From NCBI GenBank assembly GCA_038106605.1, contig JAYOEF010000001.1, positions 10,559-74,558 on the forward strand: a DNA stretch of 64,000 bases, given 5' to 3'. The notes under the pieces are model-generated. The model was not told where the DNA came from, ran no database searches, and saw only the letters and a list, made by a program, of their open reading frames with translations. The position numbers were made by a program, and so were the translations under genes. The stretch is from Alphaproteobacteria bacterium (GTDB lineage Bacteria > Pseudomonadota > Alphaproteobacteria > MPNO01 > UBA830). Below, in pieces: positions 11,233-23,234 of this stretch (position 1 is the first letter of the stretch; the number at the start of each line of letters is the position of its first letter).

Positions 11233-11691
11233 TCAGGACGTGAGGGCGGCCTTGAGCGCGGCGCTCGCCTTGCCGAAATCCATCTGCCCGGCATAGCGCT
11301 CGCGGAGCGCGCCCATCGCCTTGCCCATGTCCTTGATCGAGCCGGCGCCGGTCTCCTCGATCACCGAGCGGATCGCATCCGTCATCTCGGCCTCGGAGAG
11401 CTGGCGCGGCAGGAAGCCCTCGATCACCTGGATCTCGCGCTCCTCCTGCTCGGCGAGCTCCTCGCGGTTGCCCTGGCGATAGAGCGCGATCGATTCGTGG
11501 CGCTGGCGGATCATCGTCTGCAGCACCTGGAGGATGTCGGCGTCGCTGATGCCGTCGTCGACGCCCTTGGTGCGCGCCGCGATGTCGCGGTCCTTGACCG
11601 CGGTCAGGATGAGGCGGAGCGTCGAGACCGCCACCTGGTCCTTCGCCTTCATCGCGGTCTTGAGGGAATCGTTGAGCCGTTGTCTCAGCAT
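11233..11691 (-). CDS. GatB/YqeY domain protein
   Basis: 152 aa from the internal Met (MLRQRLNDSLKTAMKAKD…), typical of the YqeY family. Conserved position upstream of dnaG. Confidence 0.8.
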   Translation of the reverse strand: MLRQRLNDSLKTAMKAKDQVAVSTLRLILTAVKDRDIAARTKGVDDGISDADILQVLQTMIRQRHESIALYRQGNREELAEQEEREIQVIEGFLPRQLSEAEMTDAIRSVIEETGAGSIKDMGKAMGALRERYAGQMDFGKASAALKAALTS

Positions 11692-11933
11692 GGTCCGGTC
11701 CGGTCCGTTGGGTCGGAGGCGCGCGAGACTAGCCCAATTCGCAATTCGACGCAAATACGTCGAAAATCCCTAAGTCATTGAAATAGAACGATTTCATGTC
11801 CGCCATTTCGGTTGACGAGTCCCGTCCGATCCCGTAATCATGCGCGCGACCGCCGGGCGTGCGGCCCTCGATGCTGCACCGCACACGGCCTTGATACGAC
11901 GCCCGACCCGATTCCGACCGGACCCGAGTTCAA

Positions 11934-13115
11934 ATGACCGCCTCCACGGATACCGCAAACACGCCCGCCGTCACGCCTCCCGCGGGCGCGACCGCGGCGC
12001 TGGCCCTGCCGGGCGGCGAGATCGTCTGGGGCCGCGGCATCGGCGCCGCCGGCACGACGGTGGGCGAGGTCTGCTTCAACACCTCGATCACCGGCTACCA
12101 GGAGATCCTGACCGACCCGTCCTACGCCGGCCAGATCGTCAATTTCACCTTCCCCCATGTCGGCAACGTCGGCGCCAACCCCGAGGACATCGAGACGACG
12201 ACGCCGGCGTCCCGCGGGCTGATCCTTAGGGCCGACATCACGCACCCGTCGAACTGGCGCGCCACGGCGCACCTCGACGCGTGGCTGAAATCGCACGGGC
12301 TTATCGGCATGGCGGGCGTCGACACGCGCCGCCTCACGCGCCTGATCCGCGACCGCGGCGCGCCGACGGGCGCGATGCAGCACGCCCCCGACGGCACCTT
12401 CGACCTCGCGAAACTCCGCGAGACCGCGACCGCCTGGCCCGGCCTAGAGGGCATGGATCTGGCGAAGGACGTCACCTGCAGCCAGACCTACGACTGGGAC
12501 GAGACGCTGTGGGCGTTCGGCCAGGGCTACGGCCGCCAGACGGCGCCGAAGCACCACGTGGTCGCCATCGACTACGGCGCGAAGCGGAACATCCTGCGCT
12601 CGCTCGCCTCCGTGGGCTGCAAGGTGACGGTGGTGCCCGCGACCGCCAGCGCCGAGGACGTGCTGCGCCACCGGCCGGACGGCATCTTCCTGTCGAACGG
12701 GCCGGGCGACCCGGCGGCGACCGGAACTTACGCCGTGCCGGTGATCCAGCAGCTCCTTAAGTTCGGCACGCCGATGTTCGGCATCTGCCTCGGCCACCAG
12801 ATGCTCGCGCTGGCGCTCGGCGCGAAGACGAAGAAGATGCATCTCGGCCACCGCGGCGCCAACCACCCGGTGAAGGACCTCGAGACCGGCAAGGTGGAGA
12901 TCACCAGCCAGAACCACGGCTTCGTCGTCGACGAGGCGACGCTGCCCGCCGGCGTGTCGGCGAGCCACGTGTCGCTGTTCGACGGCTCGCTCGAGGGGCT
13001 CCGCGTCGACGGCAAGCCCGTCTTCTCGGTGCAGTACCACCCCGAGGCCAGCCCGGGGCCGCAGGACAGCCATTACCTGTTCGAGCGGTTCGTGAAGGCG
13101 ATCCAGGGGGCCTGA
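11934..13115 (+). CDS. carA: carbamoyl-phosphate synthase small (glutaminase) subunit
   Basis: 393 aa with a CPSase small-chain N-domain plus a class-I glutamine amidotransferase catalytic triad context (GICLGHQ…H). Confidence 0.95.
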   Translation: MTASTDTANTPAVTPPAGATAALALPGGEIVWGRGIGAAGTTVGEVCFNTSITGYQEILTDPSYAGQIVNFTFPHVGNVGANPEDIETTTPASRGLILRADITHPSNWRATAHLDAWLKSHGLIGMAGVDTRRLTRLIRDRGAPTGAMQHAPDGTFDLAKLRETATAWPGLEGMDLAKDVTCSQTYDWDETLWAFGQGYGRQTAPKHHVVAIDYGAKRNILRSLASVGCKVTVVPATASAEDVLRHRPDGIFLSNGPGDPAATGTYAVPVIQQLLKFGTPMFGICLGHQMLALALGAKTKKMHLGHRGANHPVKDLETGKVEITSQNHGFVVDEATLPAGVSASHVSLFDGSLEGLRVDGKPVFSVQYHPEASPGPQDSHYLFERFVKAIQGA

Positions 13116-13258
13116 TCCCCTAGTGAGTTGGTACCGCCCGGCCAGACAATGGCTATCCTGCGTGGGCCTCAATGCGCCTAATCGAAATTCGTCTCGATTT
13201 TCCGTTACAACTTTCATTCCGCTATTGAAGCGCTAATAATTAGAAAAATTATTTTGCG

Positions 13259-14182
13259 GTGTTTCGTCGGATGAAGGCCGTCCTCGATACGAAGCCTGAC
13301 TCGATTTACAATGACGACATCGCGTACCGTTACCACTTCCCGTCAAGCTACCTCACCGCACTAAAGCAGTGTATCGGCGACTGGATCGTCTACCGCCGGA
13401 CGAGAGCAGGCGGCGGCGACATGGCCTATTTCGCAGCAGGGCGCGTTACCCATATCGACCCCGACCCTGACGTCTCAAACCTGCATTACGCTTACATCAA
13501 AAACTTCATGCTGTTCGATACCCCCGTGCCTTGGACCCGCGACGGGCGTTATGCAGAGTCTGCGCTCCGCGAAGTTCAGGAGCCTTGGCAGATCGGGGCG
13601 CGCATGAGGGACAACTCCGTTCGTCTGCTCGAAGACCGGGACTTCAGCGAGATCGTCCTGCTCGGCCTTTCGCGAACGCTCGCAAAAGAAAATGCAATTC
13701 TTTTGGGTCTCGATGACCGTTCAGTCGACGAGCAAACAAATGCCCTACTCCGCGGCGATGCCGTACCCGCTGAACGAAAGGTCGCGCAGTTGCTCGTAAA
13801 TAAGAAAGTACGGGATGCGCGGTTTAGAGATGCTGTCTGCACTGCCTACGGGAACCGGTGCGCCGTTACGCGGTTGCAATTAATCAACGGAGGCGGGCGG
13901 GCAGAGGTTCAGGCTGCACATATCCTGCCCGTGGAGCACGGAGGGCCGGATATCATCCAAAACGCTATCGCTCTGTCAGCCACCGCGCATTGGCTGTTTG
14001 ATAGGCACCTGATTTCTATCGGTGAAGATTATCGGCTGCTCGTCTCGCACAACAAGGTGCCAAGCGAGTTCCGAAACCTATTTCCTGCCGAGGGCGACCA
14101 GATTCACCTTCCAAACGAGAAGTTGCACTGGCCGAGCCAAAAATATCTTGAGCAGCACCGCGAAAGGTTCGCCGCGGGCTGA
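13259..14182 (+). CDS. HNH_2-family endonuclease with unidentified N-terminal domain (restriction-endonuclease-like)
   Basis: The C-terminal motif is …RDARFRDAVCTAYGNRCAVTRL…AAHILPVEHGGPDIIQNAIALSATAHWLFDRHLISI. The gene is about 52% GC with an AT-rich promoter, against about 68% in neighbouring DNA. Confidence 0.7.
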   Translation: MFRRMKAVLDTKPDSIYNDDIAYRYHFPSSYLTALKQCIGDWIVYRRTRAGGGDMAYFAAGRVTHIDPDPDVSNLHYAYIKNFMLFDTPVPWTRDGRYAESALREVQEPWQIGARMRDNSVRLLEDRDFSEIVLLGLSRTLAKENAILLGLDDRSVDEQTNALLRGDAVPAERKVAQLLVNKKVRDARFRDAVCTAYGNRCAVTRLQLINGGGRAEVQAAHILPVEHGGPDIIQNAIALSATAHWLFDRHLISIGEDYRLLVSHNKVPSEFRNLFPAEGDQIHLPNEKLHWPSQKYLEQHRERFAAG

Positions 14183-14258
14183 ATTCATCCAATTCTAACG
14201 GATTGCCCGACTACACTTACCCCGCCACCGGCGCCGCTTCGTCCTTGATCTGGATCCG

Positions 14259-14447
14259 TTACCCCGAGCGCACCTGCGGGAGGTAGTCGCAGATCGCGCG
14301 GTGCCGCGAACATCGGTTGTCCCACAGGACAATCGAGTGCTTCTCCCAGCGGAAGCGAGTGGTCCATTCGGGGCGGATGCAATGGGCGTAGAGGAAGGCG
14401 AGCACGGCGTCGCTCTCGTCCTTGGGGATGACGTCGATCTTCGTCGT
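14259..14447 (-). pseudogene. remnant of TauD/TfdA-family 2OG dioxygenase (C-terminal ~62 codons only)
   Basis: …[52 protein letters not shown] matches the TauD C-terminus. The N-terminal ~215 codons are absent, and the upstream part of the track ORF is out of family. Confidence 0.6.
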
Positions 14448-14578
14448 GAAGCCCGCAGCTTCTTTTGGGAGCGTCCGCCTCGCGCCTGAGAACCGATCCG
14501 CGCACGCCCCGTCATCGTATAAAGGCCCGTGCCGCGAACGGAACGGCGGCACCGCCCCGGCGACCGGAGAAACGCGCC

Positions 14579-15118
14579 ATGCCCCCATCGACAGCCACCC
14601 CCGAACAAGCGCCACCGTCCTCGCCTTCCCTCCCGCCGGCCGCCCGCCGGCCGCTGCGCGGCGCGCTCGCGATCTCGGCGGCGACGGCAGCGGTCTATCT
14701 CGTCTCCGGCGCGGTCACGGCGTCCTCCGTCGGCGGCTGGTACCAGACCCTCGCCAAGCCCGCCTTCAACCCGCCCGATTGGGTGTTCGCGCCGGTGTGG
14801 GCGGCGCTCTATCTCGCCATGGCGGTCGCGGCCGTCCTCGCCTGGCGCGGGGCGGGTGCGGATGCGGCGCGGCGGCGCGGGATCGCCCGGGCCTACGGCG
14901 CCCAGCTCGCCCTCAACGGGCTGTGGTCGGTGCTGTTCTTCGGGCTGCAGGCGCCGGGCGCGGCGCTCGCCGAGGGGCTCGTCCTCCTCGCCGCGATCCT
15001 GTGGACGATGCGCGTCTTCGCGCCGGCCGACCGGCGCGCGGCGTGGCTGTTCGCGCCCTATGCGGCGTGGGTCGGCTTCGCCATGGTCCTCAACGGCGCG
15101 ATCTGGCTGGCAAACTGA
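14579..15118 (+). CDS. tspO: TspO/MBR family tryptophan-rich sensory protein
   Basis: [33 protein letters not shown]…[21 protein letters not shown] across five TM helices. Start taken at the internal ATG of track ORF 14465. Confidence 0.8.
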   Translation: MPPSTATPEQAPPSSPSLPPAARRPLRGALAISAATAAVYLVSGAVTASSVGGWYQTLAKPAFNPPDWVFAPVWAALYLAMAVAAVLAWRGAGADAARRRGIARAYGAQLALNGLWSVLFFGLQAPGAALAEGLVLLAAILWTMRVFAPADRRAAWLFAPYAAWVGFAMVLNGAIWLAN

Positions 15119-15327
15119 TCCCCATCTCCCCCGCCCCTCCCCCCGCGGGCGGAGGCAAGGGGGAAGCGGCGGAAACCCGCCCCGGAACGGCCCCGAACGG
15201 CCCGCCCAGGCAACCAACCCCTTGCCTCCGCCCGCGAGTCGTGGGAAACACCGTCCGGTTCAATCGAAAGCAGCGCACGTCATACCCTTGCCCCCGGTTC
15301 GCGGCGGGCCGCGCACAAGGCCGGAAC

Positions 15328-18600
<3,273 letters not shown>

Positions 18601-18635
18601 AGACAACCCGATCCGAGCACCGCAGAACCCGCTCC

Positions 18636-18668
18636 TAGAGGTCGACTGCGGGCTAGGGTCTTTTTGTG
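18636..18668 (+). terminator. hairpin plus T-run after carB, immediately before greA
   Basis: ccctagaggtcgactgcgggctagggtcttttt. Confidence 0.55.
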
Positions 18669-18683
18669 CGAGGACCAAGGACG

Positions 18684-19157
18684 ATGGATAAGGCGCCGAT
18701 GACGCTGAAGGGGTTCACGGACCTCGAGGCGGAACTCAAGCGACTGAAGACCAAGGAACGGCCGGACGTCATCAAAGCCATCGCCGCCGCCCGCGAGCAC
18801 GGCGATCTTTCGGAAAATGCCGAATACCATGCCGCGCGCGAGCGCCAGGCTTTCATCGAGGGCCGCGTCAGCGACCTCGAGGACCTGATGAGCCGCGCCG
18901 AGGTCATCGACGTCAGCGCGATCAAGGGCAAGGTGATCAAGTTCGGCGCGACCGTGAAGGTTGCGGACGAGGACACGGACGACGAGGCGACCTACCAGAT
19001 CGTCGGCGAGCACGAGGCCGACATCAAGTCGGGCCGGCTCTCGATCACGTCTCCTCTCGCGCGCGCCATGATCGGCAAGACCGTGGGCGATTCCGTCGAG
19101 GTCACGACCCCCGGCGGCACCAAGTCCTATGAAATCCTGACGGTGCGCTACAAGTAA
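18684..19157 (+). CDS. greA: transcription elongation factor GreA
   Basis: N-terminal coiled coil plus C-terminal FKBP-like domain (…HGDLSENAEYHAARERQ…), with RBS aagga. Confidence 0.9.
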   Translation: MDKAPMTLKGFTDLEAELKRLKTKERPDVIKAIAAAREHGDLSENAEYHAARERQAFIEGRVSDLEDLMSRAEVIDVSAIKGKVIKFGATVKVADEDTDDEATYQIVGEHEADIKSGRLSITSPLARAMIGKTVGDSVEVTTPGGTKSYEILTVRYK

Positions 19158-19195
19158 CGCGCCGCAGCTCCGGCGACGGGACGAACGGACGAAGA

Positions 19196-19222
19196 AGCGA
19201 GGGGGCGGGTTTCCGCCCCTTT
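19196..19222 (+). terminator. rho-independent terminator after greA
   Basis: gagggggcgggtttccgcccctttt. Confidence 0.7.
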
Positions 19223-19264
19223 TCGTTTGTCTTTTCGGATGGCTTCCCCGGCGTGTCCTTCTCC

Positions 19265-19355
19265 CCGCCCCTGCGCCCTCGGGCCTGTCCCGAGGGTCCA
19301 CGGCAAGGGCGGACTCCTTCGACAGCCATGGGCCCCCGGCACGAGGCCGGGGGAA
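19265..19355. repeat. composite hairpin repeat, family B (CCCTCGGGCCTGTCCCGAGGG … CCCCCGGCACGAGGCCGGGGG)
   Basis: Two GC hairpins about 35 bp apart. A near-identical copy lies at 54757-54850. Confidence 0.8.
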
Positions 19356-19513
19356 TACCCATGGGGATGGTCCGGCTCCCGAGCCTGCGTCCTTTCGGCC
19401 GCGGCCCCTTTTCTTTACAATCTTCGATTGTTTCCCATAGCCATTTCAGGGGTCCGGAGTGGGGCAGGCGTCGCCTCCGGATACCGGCAAAGAAGGTCAC
19501 ACAGGAGGAACCC

Positions 19514-19882
19514 ATGGTCCCGTTCAGAAACGCGGCCTCGGGCGTGGTAGGCGCAACGCTCCTCGTCCTTGCCGCTGGCCCGGCTCATGCCGACGGCCAC
19601 GACATGAAGATCTCGGCATACGACCACATCGCGGCCCGGCAGTTCTGCCTCACGGCGGTGCTGCAGGAGAAGGAACAGGAGAAGCTCTCGGAGGAACGTT
19701 TCCTCCAGCTCGCGCACCTGTGTTCCGCCGGCCGCTTCGACCGCGCTTTCACCGAGCTCGGCGGCAGCGCGCACGACGGCCTCGTCGTCCACCATGGCCC
19801 GAACGGCCCCGAGACGATGCACGAGTGGGAGCGCAACGTACGTTCCGCCATCGCCAGGGCCCCGCACCTGGAAATGAAGTAG
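19514..19882 (+). CDS. secreted hypothetical protein (122 aa, signal peptide)
   Basis: RBS aggagg sits 5 nt upstream of the ATG. Signal peptide MVPFRNAASGVVGATLLVLAAGPAHA. No domain recognised. Confidence 0.5.
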   Translation: MVPFRNAASGVVGATLLVLAAGPAHADGHDMKISAYDHIAARQFCLTAVLQEKEQEKLSEERFLQLAHLCSAGRFDRAFTELGGSAHDGLVVHHGPNGPETMHEWERNVRSAIARAPHLEMK

Positions 19883-19892
19883 GGAGGACGCC

Positions 19893-20864
19893 GTGATCAC
19901 CGCAAAGACCATCGGCGGCTTCGCCGCCGCGTCCGCCATTGCCGTCGCCTTCTCGTTCGCCCTTCCGGCTACTGCCGAGGCAGGCTGGCTCAAGCACGCC
20001 TGGCACAAGGCGACGCACGCCGCGAAGCACGCCGCGAACAAGGTGAAGCACGGTGCCGAACATGCGGCGAACACCGTGAAGCACGGCGCCGAGACGGCCG
20101 CCACGGGCGTCCAGAAGGGCGCCGAGGCGGCGAGCAAGGGAATCCAGACCGCCGCCCGCGACACCGGCGACGCATTCGTCGCCGGCGCCAAGCTGACCGA
20201 AAAGGAGATCGAGGAGGGCGCGAAGGTCGCGGCCATCGAAATGCAGAAGCTGAGCACGGAACTCCTGCATCTTACCGGCTCCTGCGAGACGGCGATCCGC
20301 AAGATCGGCCACCGCGTCGCCCCGGCGATGACTCCGATTCCGCCGATTCCGGGGCTGCCGCAGCTCGACAGCTCGAAGTGCGAGGCCGCCCAGACGTCGG
20401 GCTTCATGTGCGGCGCCTTCCCCTACGCCAACACCATCATCCGTGCGATCGCCGAAGGCGCACACACCGTGAAGGTGCTCGCCGGCCATGTCGGCCATGC
20501 CTATCACTCACGCTACTGCAAGCACATCCCGGCTTACCTGCCGCAACGGGGCGAATGCGCGCTGTTCGTCGGGCTTGCGAGCGAGGCGGCGGAAAGCGGC
20601 CAATGTCTCGCGGACATCGGCCGCGAACTCGCCAAGCACAAGGGCTCGGGCCCGGCACATTTCGACGAGACCGAGGTCTGCACCTTCGCCGGCGAGTTCG
20701 AGTTCGGCTTCGTCGCCGACAAGATCGCAGTGGCGGGCACGGCGGAGGAGTACCAGAAGACCGTGAAGTTCGCCCAGGTCCTCCGCACGGCGCTCAGCAT
20801 CAAGAGCCTTTCGGCGGACTTCGTCAGCCACATCCCGTCCTGCAAGGCGGCGCGCAAGGGCTGA
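19893..20864 (+). CDS. secreted Cys-rich hypothetical protein with degenerate HAANxVKHGAE repeats (323 aa)
   Basis: GTG start with RBS gggagg. Signal peptide, then KHAANKVKHGAEHAANTVKHGAETAA repeats, with 10 Cys in the C-terminal half. Confidence 0.55.
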   Translation: MITAKTIGGFAAASAIAVAFSFALPATAEAGWLKHAWHKATHAAKHAANKVKHGAEHAANTVKHGAETAATGVQKGAEAASKGIQTAARDTGDAFVAGAKLTEKEIEEGAKVAAIEMQKLSTELLHLTGSCETAIRKIGHRVAPAMTPIPPIPGLPQLDSSKCEAAQTSGFMCGAFPYANTIIRAIAEGAHTVKVLAGHVGHAYHSRYCKHIPAYLPQRGECALFVGLASEAAESGQCLADIGRELAKHKGSGPAHFDETEVCTFAGEFEFGFVADKIAVAGTAEEYQKTVKFAQVLRTALSIKSLSADFVSHIPSCKAARKG

Positions 20865-20886
20865 CACGGCCGACGGGCACAGAAAT

Positions 20887-20913
20887 CGAAGGGGGCGGGC
20901 GACCGCCCCCTTC
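20887..20913. terminator. bidirectional terminator between convergent genes
   Basis: gaagggggcgggcgaccgcccccttcg. Confidence 0.6.
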
Positions 20914-20943
20914 GTTCATGGGACGTCCGGCGGGAGATCCGGG

Positions 20944-21432
20944 TCAGTCCGCCAGCGCCTCGACGTCGACGGGCACGCCAAAGGCGCGCTTGGAGGCGCG
21001 GATCGCGAGCGCCGACTTCACGACGCTGACGTTGGGCGCGGGCGTGAGGCGTGACGTGAGGAACTTCTGGTAGGCGTCCCAGTCGCGCGCGACGATCTTC
21101 AGCAGGAAATCCGTCTCGCCCGCGAGCATGTGGCACTCGCGCACCTCGGGCCACTCGGCGACGCGCTTCTCGAAGGCGATGAGGTCGACCTCGGCCTGGC
21201 TCGACAGCCCGACATGGGCGAATACGGTGACGCCGAAGCCGAGCGCCTCGGGGTCGATGTCGGCGTGGTAGCCCCGGATGCAGCCGGTCTCCTCCAGCGC
21301 GCGCACGCGCCGGAGACAGGGCGGCGGCGAGATGCCGGCGTTCTTCGCCAGCTCCACGTTGGTCTTGCGGCCGTCGTCCTGGAGGTCGCGGAGGATCTTG
21401 AGGTCGATCTTGTCGAGCTTGATTCGTGCCAT
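20944..21432 (-). CDS. Lrp/AsnC family transcriptional regulator
   Basis: HTH_AsnC N-terminus (LDKIDLKILRDLQDDGRKTNVELAKNAGISPPPCLRRVRALEE) plus a RAM/AsnC_trans_reg C-domain. Confidence 0.9.
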   Translation of the reverse strand: MARIKLDKIDLKILRDLQDDGRKTNVELAKNAGISPPPCLRRVRALEETGCIRGYHADIDPEALGFGVTVFAHVGLSSQAEVDLIAFEKRVAEWPEVRECHMLAGETDFLLKIVARDWDAYQKFLTSRLTPAPNVSVVKSALAIRASKRAFGVPVDVEALAD

Positions 21433-21559
21433 ACCCGTAGTATCCGTAACCGGCGCACCGTGCCGGCCTTCGGGGCGCAGGACGCTGCACCCGCTGAGTT
21501 TGTGAAATTATATTATAAAGAATGGTAATAATATTTCAACATCGCACGGCGAACCGCCC

Positions 21560-22579
21560 GTGAACGCCCCCGGCAAGGACGATAGCGACCTTTCCGCCCT
21601 CACGGTGTGGGCGATGTCGGATGGCAAGCCCGGCATGGAGAACCAGTGCGTCGGCGTCGCCGAGGCGCTGGGCGTCGTGCCCACGATCAAGCGCATCGCG
21701 CCGCGCTTTCCGTGGAAGCACCTGCCGCCGCAGCTCTGGATCAATGCCCTCGACGCGCCGGGGCCGGATGGCGACCCGGTCGCCCCGCCGTGGCCCGACC
21801 TCCTCATCTCCACCGGACGTCCGACGGTGGCTGTTGCATTGGCCATCAAGAAGGCGAGCGGCGGGCGGACCTTCTGCGTGCAGATCCAGAACCCGACCAT
21901 GGGGCGGCGGCGCTTCGACCTCCTCGCCATCCCGCGCCACGACCGCATCGAGGGACGCAACGTCATCCAGACCGACGGCGCGCTGCACCGGGTGACCGCG
22001 GCGAAGCTCGCGGCTGAGGCGGAGAAGTTCCGTCCCGCCCTCGCCCACCTGCCGCGCCCCCTGGTCGCCGTGCTGATCGGCGGATCGAACGCGATCTACC
22101 GCATGACGCCCACGATCATGCGGACGCTCGCAGAAAACCTCGCGAAACTGTGCCGCGAGCACGGTGCCGGGCTCGCCGTCACCGCGTCCAGGCGCACCGG
22201 GGCGGAGAACGAGAGGATCCTCCGGGACGCGCTCCGAGACCTCCCTGCCGCGATGTGGGACGGGACCGGCGAGAACCCCTATTTCGGCTATCTCGGGCTC
22301 GCGGATGCGATAATCGTCACCGCCGATTCGGTCTCGATGACGACAGAGGCCTGCTCGACCGGAAAGCCCGTCTACGTCGCCGCGCTCGAAGGCGGCTCGC
22401 CCAAGTTCGAGCGCTTCCACGCCGGGCTGCGGGAGCGCGGCATCACGAGGGAATTCGAGGGGAAGCTGGAGAGCTGGACCTACGCGCCGGTCAACGACAC
22501 CGAACGCGTCGCCGAAGAGATCCGGCTGCGACTCGATGTCCACCGTTCCGCCATTGAAAAGCGCCGGTCACGGCGATAA
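21560..22579 (+). CDS. ELM1/DUF1022-family protein (GT-B-like, putative glycosyltransferase)
   Basis: 339 aa. …VWAMSDGKPGMENQCVGVAEALG… matches the Mito_fiss_ELM1 family N-terminus. Confidence 0.7.
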   Translation: MNAPGKDDSDLSALTVWAMSDGKPGMENQCVGVAEALGVVPTIKRIAPRFPWKHLPPQLWINALDAPGPDGDPVAPPWPDLLISTGRPTVAVALAIKKASGGRTFCVQIQNPTMGRRRFDLLAIPRHDRIEGRNVIQTDGALHRVTAAKLAAEAEKFRPALAHLPRPLVAVLIGGSNAIYRMTPTIMRTLAENLAKLCREHGAGLAVTASRRTGAENERILRDALRDLPAAMWDGTGENPYFGYLGLADAIIVTADSVSMTTEACSTGKPVYVAALEGGSPKFERFHAGLRERGITREFEGKLESWTYAPVNDTERVAEEIRLRLDVHRSAIEKRRSRR

Positions 22580-22588
22580 ATCTGGACC

Positions 22589-23227
22589 GTGACCCATCTC
22601 GATACCCAGCTCGACGCTCTGGACTTTGCAGCGCTGGCGGCAACGCCCTGCCAGCACGACCCGTTCGATTACGTCATCTGCCCGGGCTTCGTGCGCCAGG
22701 ACGCGCTGGCCGCGATCCATGACGATTATCCGAAGATCGACAAGCCCGGCAGCTTCCCCTACCAGACCCTCGAATACGGCCCCGCCTTCGCCTCGGTGAT
22801 CGAGGCGCTTCAGGGCGACGAGATGCGCCGCGCCATCGAGACCGTCTTCGGCATCGACCTCGAAGACAAGCCGACCACGGTGACCGTGCGCGGCCAGTGC
22901 CAGCAGAAGGACGGGCGCATCCACCCGGATTCGTCGGAAAAGATCGTGACCGTCCTCGTGTACATGAACCCGGCGTGGGAAGAGGGCGGCGGGCGGCTGC
23001 GCCTGCTGCGCTCGGACAGCGACATCGAGGACTACGCCGCCGAGGTGCCGCCGAACGAGGGCACGCTGCTCGCCTTCCTGCGGAGCGACACCTCGTTCCA
23101 CGGCCACAAGCAGTATGTCGGCCCGCGGCGCGTGCTCCAGCTCAACTGGGTGACGGGCGACCGCTATGCCAAGCGCGAGCGCCGGCGCCACATGGTTTCG
23201 TCCTTCTTCAAGCGGCTGGGGGTCTGA
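22589..23227 (+). CDS. 2OG-Fe(II) oxygenase, prolyl-4-hydroxylase-like
   Basis: H-x-D (RIHPDSS) … H (SFHGH) facial triad with a GGRLRLL strand; 212 aa; 10-bp gap to the upstream gene. Confidence 0.7.
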   Translation: MTHLDTQLDALDFAALAATPCQHDPFDYVICPGFVRQDALAAIHDDYPKIDKPGSFPYQTLEYGPAFASVIEALQGDEMRRAIETVFGIDLEDKPTTVTVRGQCQQKDGRIHPDSSEKIVTVLVYMNPAWEEGGGRLRLLRSDSDIEDYAAEVPPNEGTLLAFLRSDTSFHGHKQYVGPRRVLQLNWVTGDRYAKRERRRHMVSSFFKRLGV

Positions 23228-23234
23228 CGCAGCG

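Noticed and set aside
14422-15327. N-terminal 302 codons of track ORF 14422..18600
   Set aside because: This stretch overlaps tspO in another frame. The CarB homology and the canonical [17 protein letters not shown] start begin at 15328.
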